In this document: piece by piece, positions 1-9,232 of the stretch
How positions within the stretch are numbered: position 1 is the stretch's first letter
Layout: each line of letters starts with the position of its first letter
Assembly (NCBI GenBank): GCA_963801165.1
Contig: CAWDDT010000009.1
Coordinates: forward strand, 288,001-352,000
Source: an uncultured bacterium
GTDB lineage: Bacteria > Actinomycetota > Acidimicrobiia > Spongiisociales > UBA5794
Length of the DNA: 64,000 bases
Direction: 5' to 3'
Notes under the pieces: generated by a model
What the model was told of the DNA's origin: nothing
Database searches by the model: none
What the model saw: the letters and a program-made list of their open reading frames with translations, nothing else
Made by a program: the position numbers and the translations under genes

Positions 1-281
1 AACTCGCTCGTCATCATCATCAAACCCATCACGGGTAGGACCAGGTAGCCCGGGATGAGCCCGGCGAGGGCGTAGTTCGTCGGATCCCAGGTGGCGATTG
101 TCTCCGCGGTCGGGTGGATCCACTCGGCGCTGCTCTGCTGGCCGATGACGATGCCGAAGATGATGCTCGTGATCGGGAAGATGACGAGAGCCCACCTCGA
201 TGAGCGAAGCGAGCTGAGTTTGATCCATTCGCTTCGCACTGCATCGCCGAATCCGCCACCGCCGGCATGTGTCGAATTCAC
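1..281 (-). CDS. ABC-2 type transporter permease (partial, runs off window start)
   Basis: GTG at 281 overlaps the ATPase stop (GTGA); translates as MNSTHAGGGGFGDAVRSEWIKLSSLRSSRWALVIF..., with an SEWIKLxSLRS N-terminus followed by TM segments. Confidence 0.8.
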   Translation of the reverse strand, partial: MNSTHAGGGGFGDAVRSEWIKLSSLRSSRWALVIFPITSIIFGIVIGQQSSAEWIHPTAETIATWDPTNYALAGLIPGYLVLPVMGLMMMTSE

Positions 282-1201
282 CGCGGCCTCCGATCGATCG
301 GCTCGTCCCCGTCGTCTCGCGAGGAGCCGGTCAGCTTGTGATACGCAGCCTCGAGTGTTGCGGGTATCGTCGTCAGCTCGTGGAGCGGGATGCCGGCTGA
401 GGACGCGACATCAGCGATCTCGGCCGAACTCATGTTTCCTACCTCGAGGCAGTCGCTCGCTGTCGCACGCACAGTCGCACCTGCGTCGAGGAGCTCACGT
501 TGCAGGGTCGATACCGCGGGGGTGCGAAGCCGGACGTTCTCACCCGAGCCCTGATTCGTCAGCTCGCGCACGGTGGTGTCGGCGAGGAGCCTTCCAGCGG
601 CGATGACGATCACGCGGTCCGCCACCCTGGCGACCTCATCGATCAGGTGGCTGGACACGAAGATTGTTCGGCCCTGGGCGGCGAGATCGGTGAGCAGTGC
701 TCGCAGCCAGATGATGCCGTCGGGGTCCAGCCCGTTCACGGGCTCGTCGAGTATGAGGATCTCCGGGTCGCCGAGCAGGGCCGCGGCCAGACCGATGCGT
801 TGTGCCATCCCCAGGGAGAAGGTCCCGAGACGTCGGTTGGCCGCAGCCTTCAGGTCGACGAGGTCGAGGACCTCGTCAACGCGGGCGCCGGGTATCGCGT
901 TCGAGCGGGCGAGCGCCGCCAGGTGGTCGCGGGCTCGTCTCCCGGGATGGAATGACCGTGTCTCGAGCAGGCTTCCGACTGTGCGGAGCGGCCGGCGGAG
1001 CTCGGCGTAGGGCCGCCCATTGACCAGCGCCTTTCCCCGGGTTGGGTGGTCGAGGCCGAGGATCAGCCGCATTGTCGTTGTCTTTCCGGATCCGTTGGGC
1101 CCCAGGAAACCGGTGATATGACCTGGCTCCAGTCCGAAATCGATCTCATCAACTGCTATGACATCGCCGAAGTGTTTGGTGAGCGCTCTGGCCCGGATCA
1201 T
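278..1201 (-). CDS. ABC transporter ATP-binding protein
   Basis: Walker A GPNGSGKTT, signature FSLGMAQR, Walker B LILDEP, SSH switch; SD AGGAGG precedes ATG at 1201. Confidence 0.93.
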   Translation of the reverse strand: MIRARALTKHFGDVIAVDEIDFGLEPGHITGFLGPNGSGKTTTMRLILGLDHPTRGKALVNGRPYAELRRPLRTVGSLLETRSFHPGRRARDHLAALARSNAIPGARVDEVLDLVDLKAAANRRLGTFSLGMAQRIGLAAALLGDPEILILDEPVNGLDPDGIIWLRALLTDLAAQGRTIFVSSHLIDEVARVADRVIVIAAGRLLADTTVRELTNQGSGENVRLRTPAVSTLQRELLDAGATVRATASDCLEVGNMSSAEIADVASSAGIPLHELTTIPATLEAAYHKLTGSSRDDGDEPIDRRPR

Positions 1202-1289
1202 CAGTGTCCCTCCTGTGGTTGCCTTTTCTGGTGTCACCGTATGGAGATTTCGGGTTCACCAGAAGCCGGCCACCACCACCGTCGTGACT

Positions 1290-1303
1290 GGGGGCTAACC
1301 CCC
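1290..1303. promoter_or_regulatory. Imperfect palindrome GGGGG-CTAA-CCCCC, candidate regulator site
   Basis: Lies in the divergent intergenic region between the ABC operon and the CoA-binding protein gene. Confidence 0.3.
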
Positions 1304-1395
1304 GCCGCCGGTCGTCGAAAGGTCGTGACCTGTGGCTCTACCCGGACGGGCGTGGATGCGATACGTTGCGGATCGAGCGTCACGAGGAGGTACGG

Positions 1396-1878
1396 ATGAG
1401 CGCCACGATGAAACAAGCAGCCGTCGAGTTCCTCGGCAAGAAGCGGATCGCCGTTGCCGGGGTGTCTCGCGAGAGCGGCGGTGGGCATGGGGGCAACCCG
1501 GTGTACGTCCGTCTCCGACAGCGCGGCTACGAGGTGTTTGCGGTGAACCCGAATGCCGGCGAGGTCGAAGGCGACACTGCCTACGCGAACCTGGCCGCCA
1601 TCCCCGGCGGGGTCGAAGCCGTTGTCATCGCCACCCACCCCGATGTCGCCCCGGATGTCATGAAAGAGTGCATCTCGCTCGGCATCAAGCACGTATGGAT
1701 GCACCGGGGACCGGGGGCGGGCAGCGTCTCACCGGTAGCAACCGAGCTCGGTCGTGCCGGCGGTGTCACCGTCATCGACGGCGGGTGCCCGCTGATGTTC
1801 GACCCGACCGCCGATTTCGGGCACAAGATGATCAAGGGTGTGCTGTCGCTGATCGGGAAGATGCCGCGGCAGGTATAG
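1396..1878 (+). CDS. CoA-binding protein (YccU-like)
   Basis: RIAVAGVSR...GYEVFAVNP...VWMH...GGCPLM pattern; SD GAGGAGG. Confidence 0.85.
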   Translation: MSATMKQAAVEFLGKKRIAVAGVSRESGGGHGGNPVYVRLRQRGYEVFAVNPNAGEVEGDTAYANLAAIPGGVEAVVIATHPDVAPDVMKECISLGIKHVWMHRGPGAGSVSPVATELGRAGGVTVIDGGCPLMFDPTADFGHKMIKGVLSLIGKMPRQV

Positions 1879-1887
1879 AGACCCGCA

Positions 1888-3006
1888 TCAAGCCTGCTGG
1901 CCGCCCAGCTGGAGGAACACGCCGTTGACCGCAGCGCACGCGTTGCCTTCTCCCAGGTAGAAGCTGCGTTGTAGCCAGCGCCATCTCCCGTCCTGGGGAG
2001 ACCTGCGGAATAGCCCGGAGGCTGTGTAGGTGGTGCCGTCGCTCGTGGCGACGTAGGCGAGATCGACGAGGTCGGTGGTGAGCTCGGTGGCATCGCAGAT
2101 CTCGGTTACTTCCGTCGGCGGCCCCGTTTCGGTGGCTTCGGTGCCGGCGATCAGCCGGGGATACTCCGCCGACCGGACGTCCTCGGTCATCCCGAACTCG
2201 TGGTTGAGACCCTGGTCGGTCGTTGCCTCTTCAGTGGCGATCAGCGATTTCATGATCGACAACCAGTCCTCACCGCTCGTATCAGGGAGCGCCCGCCCGG
2301 TCGCCGTCGGGTCCCATGTGTCGGTCGCCACCGACGCAGGCGCGACAAAGGCACGGGCGGACATACCGCATTGCAGATCGGGCGACGAGCCGAGTTCCCG
2401 ATCGATGGAGACCGTCTCCCCGGGTTCGAGGAGAGCAAAGACCTCGGTCGCGGTGGCGTCGAGGCCGCCATCTGCGGTACCGCGGAATAGCGCTGCGACG
2501 ACGCCGACGTTGAAGCTGTACCCGTTGGTGATGGTTCCCGTGAGCGAGGTGTCGCACCCGAGCACGAAGTCGTTGAGGAGGAATTGGTCGTTGTCGTCGC
2601 GCAGCCGTGCGGCGAGGCTCGTGATGTTCTCCAGGTCGTCATAGGCCGTGGCCGTCCCGGCGCAGGCCGCCTTCATGGAACGCAGCAGGTCGTCGGCCGT
2701 CGTGGCCCCGTCGCGGGCGCGCTCGTCGAGGATGGCCTGACGGTCGGGGAACGGTGCCGCCTCGAACTGGGCGCACACGGTGGTGGCCAGTCCGGCCAGG
2801 GGATCGATGCTGGTCGTGGTGGTAGCCGTGGTCGGTGTCGCAGTGGTGGTCACAGGCGCGGTTGTCGTGGTCACGGCCGTTGTCGTCGTCGTGGCCACGC
2901 CGTCTGTGGTTGTGGTCACGCCGGACGACGGAGAGCATGCCGTCGTCAGTACTACTAGAGCTGCGAGGATTCCAGCGATCCGGACGGAGGGCGACCTGCG
3001 GGCCAT
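1888..3006 (-). CDS. Hypothetical lipoprotein with Thr-rich linker
   Basis: Signal peptide with lipobox LTTAC, poly-Thr linker, several Cys. Confidence 0.75.
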   Translation of the reverse strand: MARRSPSVRIAGILAALVVLTTACSPSSGVTTTTDGVATTTTTAVTTTTAPVTTTATPTTATTTTSIDPLAGLATTVCAQFEAAPFPDRQAILDERARDGATTADDLLRSMKAACAGTATAYDDLENITSLAARLRDDNDQFLLNDFVLGCDTSLTGTITNGYSFNVGVVAALFRGTADGGLDATATEVFALLEPGETVSIDRELGSSPDLQCGMSARAFVAPASVATDTWDPTATGRALPDTSGEDWLSIMKSLIATEEATTDQGLNHEFGMTEDVRSAEYPRLIAGTEATETGPPTEVTEICDATELTTDLVDLAYVATSDGTTYTASGLFRRSPQDGRWRWLQRSFYLGEGNACAAVNGVFLQLGGQQA

Positions 3007-3159
3007 GACAGGCACGTTAGACCGCTCGTTGCCGCGGGATCGGCGCCTGAGGAATCGGCACCGGTCGAGGGCACGGGGGTCAGGTTGCAACGCCGTGCCG
3101 TACTCCGGTGGCCATCCGTTGCGATTGGACCTCCCGGTCGGCGGCAGGTCCCTGGATTG

Positions 3160-3969
3160 CTATGGCGTGTCGAGCGAAGGTCGGGCCGCGGCGAAGACGG
3201 CTTTGGCAAAGCCGGACAGAGCGGCGCCGGGTTCGGCCTCGGTCCGCACCGTATCGTATGGCATCAAGGCGCCGCTCCAGCCTTCGGTGTGCCAGCGGGC
3301 ACCGTCGGGCAGGGCCGTGGTCGCGAGAGCGTCGTCGAAGGGCCAGGGGTTGGAGTAGAAGTACGGCTCGTCGCCACCCGGGTAGAACCCGAGGTTCAGC
3401 TGGGCGGGGAGCATTTCGCGGTCGTGTTCGATTGTCCTGGTACCGAACCACTCGAAGGAGAGGTCGAAGCCGTGCGGCCACAGCTGGACCGGGCTAACGC
3501 GGTCGCCGAGGGTGGCACGGTGCCTCTCGAACACCGTGGCGACTGCAGTGAAAGTGTCGAAGTAGGCGGAGGCCGCCTCGGGTTCGTACACCCGCGGTTC
3601 GTCGCTTCCGAATCGTTCCCGGTCATAGGTGTTCTCGAGGCCGTGCGCCGAACACGCCGCGATGAGCAGACGGCCCACTTCGGTAGCGGTCGGCAGTTCC
3701 TTCATGTCGATGACGCGGAGGTCGCCGTCGCTGGCCCTGAAGACGATCTCGTGTCTCTTCAAGTCCATGGCGATCGCGACTGCACCGCCATCCCCGAGGG
3801 GAATCGGGTCGGTGACGAGACCATCAGGGCGGACTGCGAGGCTGACGTGCCACCATTTGGGATGGGGGATGCCATGGGTGCGGGCGATGGTGCTGAGCAC
3901 GAGCGCATAGGCATGAAGAGTCGCCCGGGTCGGCTCGTACTCGGATAGCAGCGGTGGCAGGTTGATCAT
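3160..3969 (-). CDS. DUF5996-like protein
   Basis: TRATLHAY...WWHVSL...LWPHGFDLS...GFYPG...PYFYSNPWP pattern. Confidence 0.7.
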   Translation of the reverse strand: MINLPPLLSEYEPTRATLHAYALVLSTIARTHGIPHPKWWHVSLAVRPDGLVTDPIPLGDGGAVAIAMDLKRHEIVFRASDGDLRVIDMKELPTATEVGRLLIAACSAHGLENTYDRERFGSDEPRVYEPEAASAYFDTFTAVATVFERHRATLGDRVSPVQLWPHGFDLSFEWFGTRTIEHDREMLPAQLNLGFYPGGDEPYFYSNPWPFDDALATTALPDGARWHTEGWSGALMPYDTVRTEAEPGAALSGFAKAVFAAARPSLDTP

Positions 3970-4057
3970 GTGATACCCCGGAATCTGGTGTGTCTCCTAA
4001 CACAACCTACCTCTCGCCGGCGTTCTCCGACGCTGCGCCGCCGTTCTGGCGCCGCGT

Positions 4058-4690
4058 ATGATCGAGCCGGTGAGAGACGCCTCGAATGAACCCAACCCCG
4101 GCGCACAGGATCTGGTGCTGATCAGGCATGGCCAGACACAATGGAGCACGGTCAGGAAGCACACCGGTCGCAGCGACGTTCCGCTCACGACCGAGGGTCG
4201 GGACCAGGCCGAGTCGCTTCGTGACATGCTGCATCGCTTTTCGTTCACCGCGGTGTTCACCAGCCCGTTGAGCAGGGCCAGGGAAACGATGAAGCTCGCC
4301 GGCTACGCGGGGACCGCCCTGGATGATCTGGCCGAGTGGGACTATGGCGAGTACGAGGGAAGGCGGACCGAGGACATCCGCCGCGAAATCCCGGGCTGGT
4401 CCGTGTGGACGCATCCGATTCGCGGCGGTGAGTCGCTTGCGGAGGTCGCTGATCGGGCAGATCGAGTCATCGCTCGTGCGCTTTCGGTCGAGGGCTCGAT
4501 CGCCCTGTTCGGACACGCACACCTGTTTCGTGTCCTCGGTGCCCGCTGGATCGGCCTCCCACCGGCCGGAGGCCGCCTCCTCACGCTCGATACCGCGACC
4601 GTCTCCGTTCTTGGTTGGGAGCGGGAACAGCGGGTTATCCGTGTCTGGAACCTGGCCGGCGGGCTCGGCCCGCTCGATCAAACAACGTGA
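4058..4690 (+). CDS. Histidine phosphatase family protein
   Basis: LIRHGQT, SPLSRA, EWDYGEYEG, GGES, GH motifs. Confidence 0.9.
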   Translation: MIEPVRDASNEPNPGAQDLVLIRHGQTQWSTVRKHTGRSDVPLTTEGRDQAESLRDMLHRFSFTAVFTSPLSRARETMKLAGYAGTALDDLAEWDYGEYEGRRTEDIRREIPGWSVWTHPIRGGESLAEVADRADRVIARALSVEGSIALFGHAHLFRVLGARWIGLPPAGGRLLTLDTATVSVLGWEREQRVIRVWNLAGGLGPLDQTT

Positions 4691-5040
4691 TCTGGTCTCT
4701 TATGCAGCCACACGATGAGTGCCAGCAACGGGACATGGATCGCCGGCAAGCTCTTGGCGAGCCATCGAGGCAGGTAGATATCGGTCACCGAGCCGTGATC
4801 ATCCCCCATCGACTCGGCCACCGTTGTCAGTGGGCAATGCGCCCCGTTTGCCAGGAATACGGCGCTCTCTGCCGCCACGACCGCGGTCGCGGTGGTGACG
4901 AGTGGTCCCCGCTTGCGGGTGAGCCCGGTGTAGAGCAAGTACCCAACGCACAGTTCGACCGTGAACCAGATGGCGGTGTGGATACCTTTGACCGCGGCCA
5001 AGGCGACGTTGGGACGGTCGGACCGGGTTCGCTGAGTCAC
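4678..5040 (-). CDS. Small hypothetical membrane protein (start uncertain)
   Basis: Hydrophobic segments KGIHTAIW...ANGAHCPLT...DIYLPRWLA. Confidence 0.6.
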   Translation of the reverse strand: MTQRTRSDRPNVALAAVKGIHTAIWFTVELCVGYLLYTGLTRKRGPLVTTATAVVAAESAVFLANGAHCPLTTVAESMGDDHGSVTDIYLPRWLAKSLPAIHVPLLALIVWLHKRPDHVV

Positions 5041-5290
5041 CGCGCACAAGATACCTGCCGCGTCGATCGCCGCGTTGCGTCCAGACCTTGACACCCTCGG
5101 GTCCGTCTGCCAGAGTCTGTTGTGGCCGTGGACGCAACATATGAATGCGTGTGCGGCCGTTCGTTTGTGCGACCGGACACGGTCGAGAGAAGTGAGCGCT
5201 ACATGCAGATGCATCAGCTACTGCCCATCAGCGCCGCGGGCAAGGTTCACCCCGCGGCTTGAGACTGGATTGACGGATTGAGGAGGAGGA

Positions 5291-5515
5291 ATCGCTCGAT
5301 TCGCAAAGTCATCGGTACTTGCGGAGCGATCGAGCGATCCGACAATCTGCAACCGTCGATTCAGTCTTAGGAGACACGTTCTCCTCCATAGGACCGTCGG
5401 GTCCAGCTGAACCAGCGCCAGGCGAATGACTCGCCAGAGTCATGACGCCGTCTCTCGACACGCACGCCCGAGACATGCCCGGAGGGCTGCCGTCTCAACA
5501 CCGCAAAGGCATCTC
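5291..5515 (+). promoter_or_regulatory. Structured upstream/leader region, candidate cis-regulatory RNA
   Basis: Inverted repeat ATCGCTCGAT (5291-5300)/ATCGAGCGAT (5329-5338); three-way junction 5360-5411; hairpin ATGACTC-GCCA-GAGTCAT at 5426-5443. Confidence 0.4.
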
Positions 5516-7255
5516 ATGATTCCGGTCCGCTCCTACATTCGACTCTTGCACGACTACCTGAGCCGTCAGAAGCTCCGGGTGGCGTTGCTCACCATCACCA
5601 TGTTCACCTACATCGGTCTGACCCTGGTCGGCCCGCAGCTGATAAGGACGTTCCTCGATCGCGCCATCGCCGGGAACCGTACCGACACGCTCATCCCGAT
5701 CGCGGTCTGGTTCATGGTCGTTGCCGTGTTGCAGCAACTGTTCAACGTGACTGCCACGTACCTCGCCGAACAGGTCGGGTGGACCGCAACCAACGAGATG
5801 CGGGCGGACCTGGCGGCACACGTGCTCGATCTCGACATGGGCTTCCACAAGGAGCACACCCCCGGCGAGATGATCGAGCGCATCGACGGTGACGTCACCG
5901 CCCAGGCCGACTTCTTCTCCGCGTTTGCGATCCGTGTGCTGGGCAACGCGATCCTCATGGTGGGCGTGATGGTCATGCTCTGGCTGGAGAACGTCTGGGT
6001 CGGGTTTGGGATCACTCTCTTCTTCGTGATCGCCATGGGCGGCATGCTTCGGATCCAGGCCTGGGCCGTTCCGTTGTGGAAGCAGGTGCGGGCCCGTTCC
6101 GCCGAGCTGATGGGGCTGGTCGGCGAGCAGCTCGGTGGCACCGAGGACATCCGGGGCAACGGCGCCGTCGGGTACATGCTGCGCCGTTTCACCGAGATCC
6201 TGCGCGCCTGGCTCCCCGACCAGATCCGGGGCCGGATCGGTTTCGCCTCGCTGTGGGCGACCAGCATCGCCAACTACCTCGTGGGCACCAGCGTGGTGTT
6301 CTGGCTCGGCTGGCTGTTCTTCGGCAATGGGACCCTGACGCTGGGGTCGGTGTACTTGATCTTCTCGTACACCGAGATAACCCGCCGCCCCATGGAGCAG
6401 ATCCGTGAGCAGATGGAGAAGTTCCAGAAGGCCGCGGCCGGCATCTCCCGGGTGCAGGCCCTCTTCGACCGGCAAACGGCGCTCGATACCAGTGGGACCG
6501 TCCAGATTCCGGCGGGGCCGCTTCGTGTCGAGATCGAAGACGTCGTCTTCGGCTACGACGACGACATCGTGCTCGACGGGGTCTCGCTCGACCTCGAAGC
6601 CGGGCATGTCCTCGGCGTGCTCGGCCGCTCCGGCTCGGGGAAGACGACCATGGCCCGGCTCCTCACCAGGCTCTACGACCCGTTGACGGGCAGTGTGGTG
6701 CTCGGTGGTGTCGAGATCCGCGGCGCCGACATCCACAGCCTGCGCCGTCACGTCGGTATGGTCACCCAGGACGTCCAGTTGTTCCGGGCCACCATCCGCG
6801 ACAACCTGACCTTCTTCGACGAGTCGGTTTCGGACGCCCGCCTCCACGAGGTTCTCCAGGAGCTCGGTCTCGACGAGTGGCTCAGCTCGATGCCGGACGG
6901 TCTCGACACCAGGCTCGAAGCCGGTGGTGCCGGGCTGTCTGCCGGTCAGGCTCAGCTTCTCGCCTTCACCCGCATCTTTCTCGAGGACCCGGGTCTGGTG
7001 ATCCTCGACGAGGCCTCGTCGCGAGTCGATCCGGCGACGGAGAAGCTGCTCGAACGCGCCGTAGACCGGCTGCTCCAGGACAGGACCGGAATCATCATCG
7101 CCCACCGGTTGGCGACGGTGACCCGGGCCGACGACATATTGATTCTCGAGGACGGCGAGGTCATCGAGTACGGCGCACGCCGTGCCCTGGCCGCCGACCC
7201 CGGCTCCCGGCTGTCGCATCTGCTGATAACTGGGATGGAGGAGGTGCTCGCATGA
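5516..7255 (+). CDS. ABC exporter subunit 1 (TMD+NBD, ABCB type); alternative start 5426
   Basis: TM domain, then GRSGSGKTT, LSAGQAQ, VILDEASS, IAHRL. Confidence 0.92.
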   Translation: MIPVRSYIRLLHDYLSRQKLRVALLTITMFTYIGLTLVGPQLIRTFLDRAIAGNRTDTLIPIAVWFMVVAVLQQLFNVTATYLAEQVGWTATNEMRADLAAHVLDLDMGFHKEHTPGEMIERIDGDVTAQADFFSAFAIRVLGNAILMVGVMVMLWLENVWVGFGITLFFVIAMGGMLRIQAWAVPLWKQVRARSAELMGLVGEQLGGTEDIRGNGAVGYMLRRFTEILRAWLPDQIRGRIGFASLWATSIANYLVGTSVVFWLGWLFFGNGTLTLGSVYLIFSYTEITRRPMEQIREQMEKFQKAAAGISRVQALFDRQTALDTSGTVQIPAGPLRVEIEDVVFGYDDDIVLDGVSLDLEAGHVLGVLGRSGSGKTTMARLLTRLYDPLTGSVVLGGVEIRGADIHSLRRHVGMVTQDVQLFRATIRDNLTFFDESVSDARLHEVLQELGLDEWLSSMPDGLDTRLEAGGAGLSAGQAQLLAFTRIFLEDPGLVILDEASSRVDPATEKLLERAVDRLLQDRTGIIIAHRLATVTRADDILILEDGEVIEYGARRALAADPGSRLSHLLITGMEEVLA

Positions 7256-9078
7256 CAAGCCGCAGATCGCAACTTCCAACGGTGCGCATGATGCGCTACC
7301 TGATCAAGGCCGCCCCTGGTTGGTACGCCGCAAACGTGGTCCTGTGGGCGCTGATCTGGATCATGCCGGTCATCCCGGCGCTGATTATGCGTCGCTTCTT
7401 CGACGGGCTCGGCACGGTCGGTTTCAACCCGGCCACCCTTGTCGCAGTCCTGATGGCGTATGGCGCCGCCCGGGTCGCGGTGATGTTCACCGCCATGTGG
7501 AACGACGTGAACTTCATGTTCCGGGTCAGTTCCACACTGCGACGCAACATGCTGGAGCGCATCTTCGACCTCCCCGGGGCACAGTCCGTGAAAGAGGCTC
7601 CCGGAGAGGTCATCAGCCGCTTCCGGGAAGACGTCGAGCACGTTGAGGAGGCGACCAGCATGACGGTCGATCTCGTCGGCACGGCGTTGTTCGGCACGAT
7701 CGCGGCTCTGGTGCTTACGTCGATCAACGCACGGATGACCCTGCTGGTGTTTGCGCCGCTCCTCTTCATGGTCGTTGTCGCCGAGCGGGCGGGTACCCGT
7801 ATTCGCCGCTACCGCACCGCGGCCAGGGAGGCGACCGAGAGGATCACCGGTGCCCTCGGTGAGATGTTCGGTGCGGTCCAGTCGATCAAGGTCGCCGGTG
7901 TCGAGGAACCGATGATCGAGCACTTCAAGCGGCTCAACAAGGAGCGGCGGAAGATGATGGTTCGGGACAAGGTCCTCACCGCGGTGTTGGAGTCGGTGTT
8001 CTGGAACACGCTCAGCATCGGTACCGGGCTGATCCTGATCGTGGCGGCGGGCAACATCGCACAGGAGGGCGGTCTCACCATCGGTGAGTTCGCCTTGTTC
8101 GTTTACTTCCTCGACTTCGTCACCGATGCCGGGTGGTTCATTGGGGCGTTCATCGCCAGGCTGAAGCAAGCCGGTGTGTCGTTCGAGCGGATGTTTGCTC
8201 TGCTACATACAGACGACGTGGCGATGCTCGTCCAGCCCCGGGATCTGTACCTGACGGGTGCAATGCCGGACTTCTCGGTGCGGGAACCCGCAGCGCATTT
8301 CGACAAGCTCGAGGTGGAGCAGCTCAGCTTCTCTTATCCGGGGACTGCGAACGGGATCGAGGACATCGACCTTGTCCTCGACCGGGGGAGTTTCACTGTG
8401 CTCACCGGGAAGATCGGGTCCGGCAAGACGACCCTGTTGCGCGCGCTGCTTGGTCTGGTTCCGGCCGATGGCGGGACGGTGCGGTGGAACGGCGACGTGG
8501 TCGACGACCCGGCCAACTTCTTCGTGCCGCCACGGTCGGCCTATACGCCGCAGGTCCCCAAGCTGTTCTCGATGACGCTCCGGGAGAACCTGCTCCTCGG
8601 TCGGGGGGATTCCGACGAAGGTCTCGATGCAGCCATTCGCTCTGCTGCGCTGGACCGCGATGTGGACTCGATGCCCCATGGCCTCGACACCCTCGTCGGC
8701 CCGCTCGGTATGCGTTTGTCGGGTGGGCAGGTGCAGCGCACCGCGGCGGCACGGATGTTTATCCGCGACCCGGAGCTGCTCGTGTTCGACGATCTCTCGA
8801 GCGCCCTCGATGTCGATACTGAGAAGACACTCTGGGAGCGTCTGTTCGCAGAGCACTCCGAGGCGACGGCACTCGTCGTGTCGCACAGGCGACCCGCCCT
8901 GCAGCGCGCCGACCAGATCATCGTGCTCAGCGACGGGCGGGTCGTGGCCCGGGGAAAGCTGGACTATCTGCTCGAGACCAGCCCCGAGTTCCGCGAACTG
9001 TGGGAGACCGAGGCAGCGGGCAACGGAGCCGCGGGGGATGTCGTCGACCGGGTGGTCACGTCCGCCCAGGACGGCTAG
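7252..9078 (+). CDS. ABC exporter subunit 2 (TMD+NBD)
   Basis: ATGA overlap with subunit 1; GKIGSGKTT, LSGGQ, VFDDLSSALD (degenerate Walker B typical of heterodimers). Confidence 0.92.
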   Translation: MTSRRSQLPTVRMMRYLIKAAPGWYAANVVLWALIWIMPVIPALIMRRFFDGLGTVGFNPATLVAVLMAYGAARVAVMFTAMWNDVNFMFRVSSTLRRNMLERIFDLPGAQSVKEAPGEVISRFREDVEHVEEATSMTVDLVGTALFGTIAALVLTSINARMTLLVFAPLLFMVVVAERAGTRIRRYRTAAREATERITGALGEMFGAVQSIKVAGVEEPMIEHFKRLNKERRKMMVRDKVLTAVLESVFWNTLSIGTGLILIVAAGNIAQEGGLTIGEFALFVYFLDFVTDAGWFIGAFIARLKQAGVSFERMFALLHTDDVAMLVQPRDLYLTGAMPDFSVREPAAHFDKLEVEQLSFSYPGTANGIEDIDLVLDRGSFTVLTGKIGSGKTTLLRALLGLVPADGGTVRWNGDVVDDPANFFVPPRSAYTPQVPKLFSMTLRENLLLGRGDSDEGLDAAIRSAALDRDVDSMPHGLDTLVGPLGMRLSGGQVQRTAAARMFIRDPELLVFDDLSSALDVDTEKTLWERLFAEHSEATALVVSHRRPALQRADQIIVLSDGRVVARGKLDYLLETSPEFRELWETEAAGNGAAGDVVDRVVTSAQDG

Positions 9079-9105
9079 CGCGGGCCGATTCCGACCGCCT
9101 GTGAG

Positions 9106-9166
9106 TTGCGCTGTACTGTCGCTCACATGTAATCTGCACTTGTGTGCAACCGTGCACATTTGTGCA
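9106..9166 (+). promoter_or_regulatory. Putative promoter (TTGCGC-18-TAATCT) with tandem palindromic operators
   Basis: -35 at 9106-9111, -10 at 9130-9135; TGCACTTGTGTGCA at 9135-9148 and TGCACATTTGTGCA at 9153-9166. Confidence 0.65.
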
Positions 9167-9232
9167 GTGGCACGCAGGGGCCTGCCTTTGGCAGGTCCGA
9201 GGAGCGAGATGCCATTGGACGGAAGGAGCAAA

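Noticed and set aside
5141-5281. Cys-rich 46-aa ORF as a RiPP precursor for the downstream exporter
   Set aside because: No SD, atypical codon usage, no modifying enzymes
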